Positions 49,887 through 63,097 of a stretch of DNA of 64,000 nucleotides are shown here, piece by piece; the first letter of the stretch is position 1; the number at the start of each line of letters is the position of its first letter. The position numbers and the translations under genes were made by a program. The notes under the pieces are model-generated. The model worked only from the letters and a program-made list of their open reading frames with translations. It ran no database searches and had not been told where the DNA came from. Source of the stretch: Oopsacas minuta (Eukaryota > Animalia > Porifera); the NCBI GenBank assembly GCA_024704765.1, contig JAKMXF010000199.1, positions 493,074-557,073 on the forward strand, written 5' to 3'.

Positions 49887-50805
49887 CAGTCAGGGGACAA
49901 AGGTATTCGAACACACAAATATATTAACATAAATTGTATACTCTTTCCCGCTCCTATATATTGTGTAGTCTATATTCGTAGCTGTAATCTAGTAATTTCC
50001 ATGGAATAACGTATGTTTTTCAAGAATTTCAAAAAAATATTTTCAATTTACACTTTTTGAAGGTGTTAATTATCAATAATTATTAGATAATTATTGATAA
50101 TCAAAATATGTGGTAATTCAAAGCCTATTAAGAATCTATAATTTCTGACTTGATATTTGAATTCTACGTAGGCGAGTTACCCCAGATTAAAATTTCCAAT
50201 CGGATTGAACAATTTTACCAGAGTTATAGATGAATTTCAATTTGTGCCATTTGTGCCACCTTTTGCCCAAGGTGGCACAAATGGCCGCTACCAAGGGGTT
50301 ATTTTAGAATTCAAGGGTTAGCATAGTCATATCATTCGAAAATATTACTTCGAATTATTCCTCCTAGCCCTAGTTGAATTCCTTGTAGTGGCGCTTTTTC
50401 CTGCCACCTGTGCCACTTTTTGAAAAAAGTGGCACAAGTAGGACAAATCGAAATTCTTCTATAACTTTGGTATATATTGTTCAATCCGATTGGAAATTTC
50501 AATCTTGGGTAACTCGCCTACGTAGAATTCAAATATCAAGTCAGAAATTATAGATTATTAATAGGCTTTGAATTACCACAATATTTTGGTTATCAATAAT
50601 TACCTAATAATTATTAATAATTAACACCTTCAAAAAGTGCAAATCGAAAATAATTTTTTGAAATTCCCTGTAAAACATATGTTATTCTATACAAATTACT
50701 AGATAGCCGCTACGAATATAGACTACACAATATATAGAAACGGGAAAGAGTGCACAATTTATGACAATATATTTGTGTGTTCAAAATACTTTTGTCCCCT
50801 GACTG
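49887..50805. mobile_element. Tc1-type foldback MITE with ~370-bp arms (919 bp)
   Basis: CAGTCAGGGGACAAA... and ...TTTGTCCCCTGACTG, TA-flanked. 49887-~50258 is an imperfect reverse complement of ~50432-50805. No coding capacity. Confidence 0.93.
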
Positions 50806-50895
50806 TATATAAACAAAGTGTATGCATGTGTGTTCACGCGTTTTCCCAGAGATGCCTGGACCGATTCGAACCAAATTTTGTGTGTCAACTAAGTA

Positions 50896-52253
50896 CAGGG
50901 TGGGCCACGGGAGTCTGATCAAATGTTAATTGCTTTCATTTGTAAACGAAAAAGTAGAACTTAATTCTGTAAAAGATTTTTAAAATATAGATAAATAGTT
51001 TTATGAATACATCATCCTTTCTTCTCCAGCCATTAATCAGGTGCTCGATCCATGCTCCTTTCCTACCTAGCACTATTTGTAGTCTGACAAGCATGTTATC
51101 GTGCACTTTAGCCAGAGTTTCTCCATTAATCTTCTTGATTTCTCTTCTGATGTTGTTCTTGAGGTCCTCTAGTGTCTTAGGAACAGGGCCCCTGTACACA
51201 ACTGACTTCAGGTAACCCTACAGGTAAAATCGCAAGGATTAAGGTCCGGGGGATATGGGGGCCAGAAGTTGTCAAATCCACGACCAATCACCCTGTCACC
51301 AAACTTCTCTTGTAGCCAGTCCCTAACTAAATTGGCATAGTGTGGGGGTGCTCCATCCTGATGGAAAGTAATAGTATTCAGTTCACCATATCCCCTGATG
51401 TTGGGAAGATAGATTCTTTTCAGCATTGCCAGGTATCTCCACTGGTTCACCGTACAGGTTTTACCATCCTCATCTTCAAAAAGTACGAGCCTATGATCCG
51501 GTCATAGGCAACTGCACACCAGACAACCACCTTTTCAGTGCTCAAGGGTCTCTGGGCAATAGGTTCTGGTTTCTTCAATGCCCAGAACCTCATGTTCTGC
51601 TTGTTAACATGTCCTGAAAGATGAAAGTTTGCCTCGTCAGACCAATGAACTTCAGTATCTTCAAAAGTTCTTCCTTAATCTTCTTGGAAATGTACGTGGC
51701 AAATTGGACCCTCTTCTTCTGATTTGATTCACTTTGCTTTTGATGCATCTGTATTTTGTAAGGAAAGGCTCCAATGTCATCATTAAGGATCCTCCTCACT
51801 GAGTTCCTACTGATTGCAGTCTCTGCAGATAGCCTTCATGTTGCACGATGGGGTGAATCTGCCAGTTTCTTCTTGATTTTTTGAATGTTTTCAGGGGTTC
51901 CAACAGTCTTCTTGGGTCCCTTTCGTTTTCTATTGCCTACCGTACCACCTTCCTCCATCCTCTTGACAATATTCATGATTGTGTTCCTTGCAGGAGCCTT
52001 CAATGTCTTGTAATGCACCTTGAAAGCTCGTTGGGCCGAGACAACACTTCTCCCGTTTTCAATATACCAGTAGAGTAACTTCACTTTGACATCCTGCTGG
52101 AGCGACATTACATAAACCTAGGGGTAGTTTGGTTAGTATTTCTTAAAAACTATTTCTCTCAGCTTTAAAATGAATGGTGAACCACTGAAGTCTGACAAAA
52201 ATTGCACGTGCTAGAGCAATTTACTTTTGATCAGTCTTCCGTGGCCCACCCTG
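50896..52253 (-). mobile_element. DD41D (rosa/Visitor-type) ITm transposon, pseudogenised (1358 bp)
   Basis: TIRs CAGGGTGGGCCACGG and CCGTGGCCCACCCTG, TA-flanked. MSLQQDVK.. from 52108, WSDEANFHL, HQDGAPPH..WPPYPPDLNPCD with 41 residues between the last two Asp. Confidence 0.9.
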
Positions 52254-52417
52254 TAGTACTCAACCTTTCCAAATAAGAAATATTTTTCGAATAGAACCAT
52301 TTTTGGACAAGATATGTGATTTTTCCACACCTCGCCCATATAAATAAATGCATTTTCGGAGGAATCTGATTGGTCAACGTTGGCCAGTCAGATTTCTTCA
52401 TTCGTATATTATGAATA

Positions 52418-53768
52418 CAGTATGTCCCGAAAGTTTCTTCCTATTGCATTACATATTATATTATAGACCCTTAGTTCAAATAATCTCACTAACTAAGATT
52501 TACATTATTTTTATGATTGATATGTGTATTTAGAGAAGGGTGACTTATCATTTTCCCAAAGGCATTACATTCTTCTCGAATTATTTTGTAATTACAGATT
52601 TCTTTTTATCCTAGAAATTAGATGTCGAATTTTGGGAATCCCAGAGCAATTATCCTACGTTCGAAGGCAATAGCAATGTTAGAAGCTGGAATTTCACAGA
52701 AGAATGTTGCTAGACGCCTCGGAAAGTCAATTAAGACCGTCAATAACTGGTGGAGCGGAAGAAGCGCGTGAAAGTCTCGAAGACAAAACACAGATCTGGA
52801 AGGCCCTCTTCACTAACAAGAGTGGCCAAAATAGTCATTGCTAAATCTATCGGGAAAAACACCAGTCAACCCAAAAATTTGCGGAAAGATTAACAGCTCG
52901 TGGCCATCAGACTTCGAAGATGGCAGCACATCGCTATTTGAAGGAAAGCCTAGGTCTCAAATGTTTCAAACGGCCCCGAAATCCGAGATTGACAGAAAAA
53001 CAATTGGTTCATCGACTAACATTCTGTAAAAAAGGCTCAACTGATCATCTAAGGAGTGGGCAAATGTAAATTTCTCCGACGAATCTCCCTTTCATCTTTT
53101 CGCACCTTCAAATAGACAAACAGACGGGTTTGGGACTCCAGTGCTAGAAATATTCCTCCAATCTTGACTTTGAAATTTCCTCCAAAATTGATGGTATTGG
53201 CCGCTATGTCGGCTAATGCTGTGTCGGAACTGCGCATTCTTCCTCAGAAATGCACTGTAAATGCAAAATATTATGTGGATAACATACTAGCTGGGCCATG
53301 TAAAGCTGCCTTTGCTCGTAGGCGATTGAGAGGTACGATTTTTGCAGGGGAGATTTTGTGAAAACATGTCAAAATCAATCTTTCAACAAGATGGAGCCCC
53401 CGCTCACACATCGAAATTGAGCCAGGAATGGTGTCAATTGAATCTTCTTGGTTGCTGAGGAAAAGAAATATGGCCAGGCAACTCGCTTGATCTTTCTCTA
53501 ATTGAGAATTTGTGGGCTGTTGCTAAACAGAGCTTGTCAGAGATGCCATCAGCGACAAATCTAGAACTGCTGGAAAAAAACCTCAAAACAGTGTGGTCTA
53601 ATATCAATCCGGACTTACTTCGAAAATTGATAGATGGGATGCCAGCAAGAATGAGAAAATGTGTAGATTTGAAAGGAGGTTATATCGGAAAGCAATTAAA
53701 CGCCTATGACACGTAACACTAATTATATAGGAATTTATCTAATAGGAAAAAACTTTCGTGACATACTG
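52418..53768 (+). mobile_element. Tc1-like DD37E transposon, degenerate (1351 bp)
   Basis: TIRs CAGTATGTCCCGAAAGTTT and AAACTTTCGTGACATACTG, TA-flanked. MSNFGNP..MLEAGISQK, FSDESPF, QQDGAPAH..WPGNSLDLSLIE with 37 residues from D to E. Confidence 0.92.
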
Positions 53769-54540
53769 TATTTCTGGGAATTTGGTTCAATCAGATTCTA
53801 CCAATTACAAAAGTTACTATTCACAGTTTATTGATCCCGTGGAATAATGCGGAGAAGTGATACCTAACTTCTCACAAAAAGGAAGATTATACGAAACAAA
53901 CAAGAAAATTTTGCCTATAATTAGTACAAAATTGATGATCCGTAATTGAAATAGTACATACTACCGATGTACATCTTATCCGAAAATTTTCCTATACAAT
54001 TAGTACAAAATTGATAACGGTAGGGAATACGGTACGGAATGCTACGTACGATACTGAGTTAATATTATTCTGTACCGTATTCCGTACTAGGTTACTATAC
54101 TTCTCCGTCATTTACATTATGTAGATCCAAATATGTTCGGAAACATCTCATTCTATTCTATTTTAAAGAATAGGAATGTAATATAATAGTCGGCAGTAGA
54201 AACACCTGAAATTGGCGCAACAGCAAAATGTCTAATCGGAATGTAATGCACAATAAGAACTATACCATGTCCATATGAATCAATAGGTACCAGTATTCAA
54301 TGACGCAATTGTAACAGAGAATAATCAATCGGAATGTTTACCAAATCAATGTACAACTGTATTGCATAACAGTATCTATTCCTACGTATAATCTGATTGG
54401 TCCAAGTGTTTACAAGTGAAATCCTAGATAAACCGACTCAAACTTTGTAACGGTGTAATATAAATATAACTAATAACATGAATAATGAATTACGTAACAA
54501 TTGTCTACAATATCCAAACACCATCTACACAACTAATTAA

Positions 54541-57500
54541 ATGACGAAAAAACGTTCCCGAATTAATGATAGTGCTAAACGTATCCGTGATACTGCAAGG
54601 AAGAAAAGAAAACCAGAAACTGAAACTGAAGAAAAAGAGAAGCCCGTCTTGAATCTAAAAGGATACATAATTCACTCTCCAGGAGCTCAGAAACTGAACA
54701 ACAAAGAGAAGCCCATCTTCAAACAATGAAATCAAAAATTCAACACTCTTATGAATGTCGCCTTCTCCAATACTGCAAACTTTGACGACAAAAACCACCC
54801 AAGTCTGATCATTCACGGCATGACAGAGTATGTCTATTTTGCAAGGCAAAGAAGTTTAAGGGAGAAACTCTAGGTATGTGCTGCAAAAGTGGGGAAGTAC
54901 AATTACATAATCTAGAGGATCCACCAGAGCCACTGAAACGTTTAATGCTAGGAGAGACATCTGGATCAAGACACTTCCTGGAAAACATACGAAAGTATAA
55001 TTCTTGCTTCCAAATGACTTCTTTTGGAGTAATGAAAGAAACAAGAGAATCTGGATACATGCCAACTTTCAAAATCAAGGTCAAGTGTACCATACAGCTG
55101 GACCCTTGCTTCCCCTACCTGATGAGCATCCACGATTCTTACAGATATATTTCATGGGGAAAGATGCTAATGAAATTAATCAGAGATGCGACACTATTCC
55201 AGGAGGAAGATACGATATTGTTCACTCACTCCAAGACATGTTACATCGACACCACACCTATGTGTCTTCTTTCAAATCTAAAATAGAGAGAATGTCTGAG
55301 TCGGAAGTAGAATACAAGGTCATAATTAAAGCTGACAAGAATCCTGATGGCGAACATGAAAGAAGATTCAATGCTCCAGTCACTAATGAGGTTGCAATTC
55401 TAATTGTTGGACAAGAATTTGAGAGAAGAGACATTATTATGGTAAAACGGTGCAGTAGTCTTCTCAGAATCTCTGAAATCCATCGAGCCTTTGACACACT
55501 TCAATATCCACGTATTTTCTGGAAGGGCCAGGACGGATATAACTTTAAGATCCCACAAACAGACCCAAAGACCAGAAGAAAGAGGTTAGATAAAAAGCTA
55601 TCCTCAATGGACTTTTACGCTTACGGTTTCATGTTACGTGATGGGAACTTTAATCTTATTCACCGCGGCAGAACTTTATTCCACCAAATTGTTGTTGATT
55701 TGTACGCTAAGGTAGAGACAGAACGCCTGTTGTTCATTCACTTACATCAAAAGAAACTACCTGTAGATGATTATATCCTTTTACGAGATACCGTAGCCAC
55801 TGATGGAAATCCACATGATTTTGGAAAATTGGTTATTCTACCTTCTTCATTTACCGGAAGCCCTCGCTACATGCACGAGAGAACTCAGGATGCTATGACA
55901 TATGTCCGAAATTACGGCAGACCTGATCTATTCATCACCTTTACATGTAATCCACTCTGGCCTGAATTACTGAATCATTAATGATGGGGCAAAAACCACA
56001 TGACGAACACGATATCGTTGTCAGAGTATTTAGGCAAAAGCTACTCAAATGTATGGACCTTCTTACAAAAGGTGCTGCATTTGGAAAGACAATGTGCCAC
56101 ATGTACTCAATTGAGTGGCAGAAACGTGGTCTTCCTCATTCCCACATATTGATATGGCTGAGAGAAAAGATTCGCCCACACAACATAGATCAATGCATCA
56201 GTGCAGAATTTTCTAACTCCGAGGAGGATCCAGAACTCTACAACACCATCCGTAAACAGATGATACATGGACCGTGTGGAATTCTCAACAGGAATTCCCC
56301 GTGTATGAAGGATGGCGGTGCACTAAAGACTTTCCAAAGCGCTTAGTGAAGGAAACCCAATCTGGTGATGACGGATACCCAAAATACAGAAGAAGAGCAC
56401 CTGAAGATGGTGGTTTCACCGCGACCATTCAAAGAGGGAATCAAGAGCACATCACTGTTGACAACAAATGGGTAGTCAGTTACAGTCCTCTGTTGTGCAA
56501 GGCATTTGATGTCCATATCAACGTGGAATACTGCAACTTAATAAAGTCCATCAAGTATGTGTGTAAATACATCAGCAAAGGAACAGATCAGGCAATATTT
56601 ACACTAGAGTCAGAAAGAGATGAAATTACTGAGTACCAACATGGACGCTACATTCGCAGCAACGAAGCACTCTGGAGATTATTCAGCTTCCCGATCCACG
56701 AACGATATCCAACTGTGATACATTTGAGTGTTCATTTACAAAACGGCCAATGTGTCTACTTCACACAAGATAGTTTACAACGACAGTTAGAAGCTCAAGC
56801 AAATTCTACCCTTACTGTATTCTTCCAACTTTGCCGAGAAGAAGACTTTGCCAAAACCTTACTCTATGTCAATGTTCCCAAGTACTACACATGGTGCCAT
56901 AGCACTAAAAGGTTCACACGACGCACCCAAGGAGCAGATGTAGAGGGATTTCCTGGAATCAAGGCAAGTGATGCTCTTGGCAGGGTGTACACAATCCATC
57001 CCAACAACTTTGAGTGCTTCTGCCTGAGAATGTTGTTAGACCACGTTCACGGTCCTACCACATTTGACGATTTGAGAACTGTAGATGGCCACATTTGTCA
57101 GACATACAGAGAGGCATGTAACAAGGAGGTCTGCTAGAGAATGATTCTCACTGGAATGATACATTAACAGAAGCATCGACTACTGACTCCCCTACCAAAC
57201 TCACATACTATTTGCTATCATGCTAACAACATGTGGATTGTCTAATCCAAATGGACTGTGGGAAACTCACAAGGACAGCCTTTCAGAAGATGTCTTCTGT
57301 CGGTTTCATCGAGACAACTGTACCATTGAATCCATCCATACTGAGCCATCTATATCATAGCACTGCAAAAGCTTAAGGAATTAGTTCTGTCCCTCAGTGA
57401 CAAGTTTTTGAGAGATTTTGGAATACCATCTCCAGATTATTCCACAAACACTACCACCAATCGGGAACTCTTGCGAGTAACAAGCTACTGGATTGAAGAT

Positions 57501-60500
57501 CTCGAATCTTTCACGGCAGATAATGAACCTCTCCTAACACCGGATCAAGCAGCTGCATACCATACAGTAATCAATAAAGTCCTAGCAAAGAGTCGAGGAA
57601 TTATTTTCCTCGATGCTCCAGGTGGAACTGGCAAGACCTTCCTCATCAATCTTATCCTAGCAAAGATCAGGGCCGTAGCCAGAGCGTAGTGTTAGGAGGG
57701 GATAAGTAAACTTTAGGGGGTGCTTGGATACTTAAGATTTTATATTAATTTTGTGGAGGCCAATGAACTAATGAACTACAATTCTATATTAATCTCATAA
57801 ATTTATATAATATCTAAAATAAACGAAGTCTTCTATCCTTCTTCCTAGAAAATTTCAAGAGGAACTTTTCAACATCCATTTTTTTCGTGGATCTAGATTC
57901 AAACGCAAGAAACACTAAATTGGAACATCTGATTTCCGACATATTTCTCTGTGGCCTACTAACTCTAGTGAGAACTGAGAACGAAGACTCACACATAGAA
58001 GTGCCACAACCAAACGTTGCTACAGTAGCAAACAAATTATATGTGTTATTAAACGGCTGTCGATACTTGTACAATTCTTTGAGTATATTCGTTTTATCTT
58101 TCATGAATTCCTTTACTACTGACAATTCTTCAATTGAGGGAAGCGAAATCCCAAGCTCTGATAAAGGGTACAACTTATCAATGTCAAATTCTTCGATCGA
58201 ATCAACTGCTTGTAATAACATTTTATTCTCGAAAAATCTCCTCTCGAATTCACGGCATGTTATATGAATTGTGTCTATGAATAATGATTCTAACATATCA
58301 TGTTCTTTTGTTGTAGATTCGGTAAGAATATAATCGTTATATAAACAGTTAGGTTTTTTGCGTCTAATTGAACGAGACATATCATCTTCACCATGCAGTA
58401 GTATACTTTTGGCCTCGCTAACTATCCCACTAAATGCATCTGGATTTTGAAGCTTATTCATGTTTTTAAATACAGAATTGATAATTTCCATGCCGTTTTT
58501 TAAGCCTGCATCACGGGGTTGTAAGATCTTATCTGCTGGTTCTATTGTAAGTAGGAGCTTTTTCATAAATATCAAACAAAAACGGAACTCTAACTTAATT
58601 AGTGTGGCCAACAAACCAGTACTCTGTACAACTTGCTCTCCACTAAATTCTGTGGAGTATTGGACTGTTCTAAGCAATTCAATAATAGTTTGATACAGTA
58701 GTTAGAATAAATAGCCTCAGTGATTTTCAAATGTCCTGACCATCTTTGTTCTAAAAGACGACCAATACGAGTTCCTGTATAAATTGATATAACTTTGACA
58801 TGATTCAGAAATAAGTGTAACATTCTACATTGGTCAAAAAATATCTTGAGTTCTGGAACTTCAGATATTAATTTCATAATTACCAAATGAAGTCGATGGT
58901 TGAAACAATGAACATACGGAACTTTTCGATGTAATTCCTCTTGAATGAGGGTTTGAACACCTCCTTTTCTACTACTCATTACAACTAGCGCCATCATAAC
59001 ACTGTGAAAGTAATCGTTTAGAATCCAATCCATTATTTCTCAAGATCTCCAATGTTAAATTAGTCATGGTTTTGGCATCTGAAGAGAGAGTGTTGCTACA
59101 TTAACTAAAGATTCAAAAACTTTATCTTTCCTAACATAACGAATTCCAATTGATACATGTACTATATTGTTACGATCTCTAGTGCCATCTTCAAGTAAAG
59201 TAAACCACGAGACATCAGCATCTAAAATTTCAAAATAATTTCTTCCCTAACTACTTCCGACATAATATCTATCACATCATTTTGAATATCTGGAGAAAGG
59301 TAATGAGCATTTTTAGGAATTCGTGTATAAATTTGAGCGAGTTTCGGGTCCTTTGTAAGTGTATATTCAAACAAGTTCCTGAATAATCCATGCTCGTATT
59401 TTCATCAATATCATGATTTCCACACAGAGCTAATTCATTGACAGCTAAAAATTGAACAATTTCAGCAATGGACCATATGTAATATCTATTTTTTCAAAAA
59501 CATTAGCACAAACTAATGTAGATATTTCTAGTTGGGATGATTCGCGAAGCTCTTTTTCGCATCAATTCGCCATTGCAGTAAGATGAACACGAGAATCAGC
59601 ATGTTTACAAAGTCCTTTGCTTTTTCTATTGCCGATTTCCAATTTTTAGATCCAATGTTTGTGAAGACACTTTCTTTAGTCCCGTGTGAGAGAAATTGAC
59701 GGCAGGGATAGCAAAATACAGCATCAAGGGATGGTGAATATTCCAACCAGGGAAATCTAATAAATCAATCTTGTTGAAAACCACGGCCAATAGAACCCTT
59801 CGGATAAATCAATCCTTTAATTTGTGTAATGTTTCCTCCTAGAGTAGATATATCTGGTATTTCTTTGTTGATCGGATTATATATTTCAATAATATTCAAG
59901 GGATCAGAAAGAGAGCTATCAAAGGAAATAAAATTATCCATAGTAATATAATTACTAACTAAAATGAAGAGAAAATCAAAATTATTACCAATTCGACAGA
60001 ACTAAAGTTAAAAGGAGAAAGAACAGAAACAAAATTATTTGCATTATAAGAAAATATCAAAGGAGGATTCTTGATCATTTTAAAAAATCAAGAGACTACG
60101 TGTTTCTATGTAAGGTGATTATAGCCATGAGGAATGATTTCACAATTCGCACATCAAATGTAATAAACTGGAAGGAATATATGTTGTGATCATATAAAAA
60201 CAAAAACATAAATTCAATGGTCACTGTAAGAGCATCCAATGAATTAAGTATATTAACTAGCAATAGGAATTAGATAACTAGAATGTATAGTCAATAAAGA
60301 TCAATATAGCTTAGCAAAATTTACGGGGTGGTTAAATTTGGTAGGGGGGCTCAGCGCCCCCTAGCTACGGCCCTGGCAAAGATACGAAGTGAAAACAAGA
60401 TAGCACTTGCTGTAGCATCTTCAGGCATTGCAGCAACATTATTGGAAGGAGGACGAACTGCTCACTCGACTTTTAAATTGCCACTAAACCTAACTCATGA

Positions 60501-61600
60501 AGATACTCCGATGTGCAACATCAAAAAGGGTTCTGGGATTGCAACCGTCTTGGAAAGGTGCCACCTCATCGTCTGGGATGAATGTATCATGTCACATAAG
60601 GAGGCGTTTGAAGCACTAGACCGAACACTAACGGACATACGAGAGAACATTATATTTGGAGGTACTCCTTTAGTCATCGCAGGAGATTTTCGTCAAACAC
60701 TGCCAGTTATTCCAAGAAGCATACCAGCTGATGAGCTACATGCATGTCTCAAGGGATCATACCTATGGCAACTGGTTGAAAAATTACACTTATCAACAAA
60801 CATGAGGGTGCACTTGCATAATGATACCACAGCTGGTCACTTTGCAAACATATTATCACAGGTGGTAATGGAACCCTGGCTCAGACTCGATTGATGGACA
60901 GATCACTTTCCCAGCAGAATTCGGGCATAATGTTGAAACAGGAGATGATCTAAAGGATAAAGTACACCCAAACATCATTCACCACTTTACAAACAAAAAA
61001 TGGCTCTGTGAAAGGGCTATACTAGCTTCAAGAAATGACAAAGTTGAAGCAATAAATATGTCTTTGCTTAACAAACTACCAGGTCTTAACATCACCTACA
61101 AATCAATAGACACCGTAGTGGAGCAGGATGATGCTGTACAATATCCAACGGAGTTTCTTAACTCCTTGCAACCACCAGGATTACCACCCCACAGCTCATC
61201 ACTCAAAATCGGTGCCCCTATCATGCTTATCAGAAACCTGGATGCTCCAAAGCTTTGCAATGGAACAAGACTGGCAGTGAAATCCATGATACCCCATGTA
61301 CATGAAGCTACAATTCTAACTGGACCTGCAACAGGAGAAGATGTACTTATCCCAGAATCCCACTCATCCCTGTAGACATGCCATTCGATTTCAAAAGACT
61401 CCAATTTCCAGTTAGGCTGAGTTTGGCGATGACCATGCAAGTGTTAAGGACAATCTTCAAAAGTGGTCGGTCCATACATGAAATCTATGTACTTTTCACA
61501 TGGACAGCTGTATGTGGACAGTTCTCGAGTAGGATCATCTCGAAATCTGTTGACACTGGCAAAGATGGAAAATGGAAGCATTGTGGATGCGCTTGCATTA
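54541..61600 (+). pseudogene. Helitron Rep/helicase (HUH-Y2 plus PIF1), frameshifted and split by a hAT
   Basis: C..CKAKKFKGE..MCCKSG zinc finger; RPDLFITFTCNP; SIEWQKRGLPHSHILIW (HUH); KYVCKYISKG (Y2); DAPGGTGKT (Walker A, ~57610-57638); VASSGIAATLLEGGRTAHS; IVWDEC; GDFRQTLPV; QFPVRL. Confidence 0.95.
57668..60375 (-). mobile_element. hAT transposon, degenerate, perfect 8-bp TSD GCAAAGAT
   Basis: TIRs CAGGGCCGTAGCCAG and CTAGCTACGGCCCTG. The TSD restores the Helitron reading LILAKIRSENK. Fragments WLEYSPSLDAVFCYPC, HCFNHRLHL, CESSFSVL. Confidence 0.93.
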
Positions 61601-61742
61601 AAAGAATAGATCGCATAGAGCTATGACATGCGAACGTGTAAAGTTCACAAACTCCAAAAAACAACGAAAGAGCCGAAGGCACAAAGAGAATCAAAAGAAA
61701 CTAAAAGAAAAAAGCAACACCATAGAGCAGCGATGCGGCTAG

Positions 61743-63097
61743 TACATGGTACAGTGTGGTTACATAAGTCTCTATATGGAAATTTGAAACAGACTTTGAA
61801 TATCTCTATCGTTTAATACTTCACATAGAACATTCCAGCTTGCATAATTTATGAAATGCTTTGCATTACATAGTATCTTAGTCAATATGTTTCGTTAATT
61901 CAATTACAGTGACAATGCTTTGTACAGTGTGCTTGTTGAATTCTATGTGTGAAAATAGAAACTAAGTTTGAAATATCTCTATCGTTTACTACTTCACATA
62001 GAACTTTCCAGCTTGCATAATTTATGAAATGCTTTGCATTACATAGTATCTTAGTCAATATGTTTCCTTAATTCAATTACAGTGACAATGCTTTGTACAG
62101 TGTGCTTGTTTAATTCAATGTCTAAAAAATAGAAACTAAGTTTGAAATATCTCTATCGTTTACTACTTCACATACAACTTTCCAGCTTGCATAAAATATC
62201 AAATGCTTTGCATTACATAGTATCATAGTCAATATGTTTCGTTAATTCAATTACAGTGACAATGCTTTGTACAGTGTGCTTGTTGAATTCTATGTGTGGA
62301 AAATAGAAACTAAGTTTGAAATATCTCTATCGTTTAGTACTTCACATAGAACTTTCCAGCTTGCATAATTTATGAAATGCTTTGCATTACATAGTATCTT
62401 AGTCAATATGTTTCTTAATTCAATTACAGTGACAATGCTTTGTACAGTGTGCTTGTTGAATTCTATGTGGGGGAAATAGAAACTAAGTTTGAAATATCTC
62501 TATCGTTTAGTACTTCACATAGAACTTTCCAGCTTGCATAATTTATGAAATGCTTTGCATTACATAGTATCTTAGTCAATATGTTTCGTTAATTCAATTA
62601 CAGTGACAATGCTTTGTACAGTGTGCTTGTTGAATTCTATGTGGGAAATAGAAACTAAGTTTGAAATATCTCTATCGTTTAGTACTTCACATAGAACTTC
62701 CAGCTTGCATTTTTGAAATGCTTTGCATTACATAGTATCTTAGTCAATATGTTTCCTTAATTCAATTACAGTGACAATGCTTTGTACAGTGTGCTTGTTG
62801 AATTCTATGTGTGGAAAATAGAAACTAAGTTTGAAATATCTCTATCGTTTACTACTTCACATAGAACTTTCCAGCTTGCATAATTTATGAAATGCTTTGC
62901 ATTACATAGTATCTTAGTCAATATGTTTCGTTAATTCAATTTCAGTGACAATCCTTTGTGCAGTGTGGTTATATAATTATATGTGTGGAAAATAGAAACT
63001 AAGTTTGAAATATCTCTATCGTTTACTACCTCACATAGAACTTTCCAGCTTGCATAATATATGAAATGCTTTGCACTACATAGTATCTTAGTCAATA
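61743..63097. repeat. Homogeneous ~174-bp satellite, about 7.8 units
   Basis: GTTTGAAATATCTCTATCGTTT recurs at ~61971, 62145, 62319, 62492, 62664, 62834 and 63008 (period 170-174 bp). Confidence 0.97.

Larger units (their letters stand above)
49879..61742 (+). mobile_element. Helitron, both termini present (about 5.5 kb net), with four nested insertions
   Basis: A|TC 5' end at 49879, then TCCATATA..TAAACAAAGTG..GTGTGTTCACGCG..GGACCGATT..ACCAAATTTT. 3' end GGCTAG|T at 61742. No TSD; the empty site restores a satellite monomer. Confidence 0.85.

Noticed and set aside
60328-60894. Standalone PIF1 helicase gene
   Set aside because: It is the continuation of the Helitron Rep/helicase after the hAT insertion; its apparent start lies within the hAT end.
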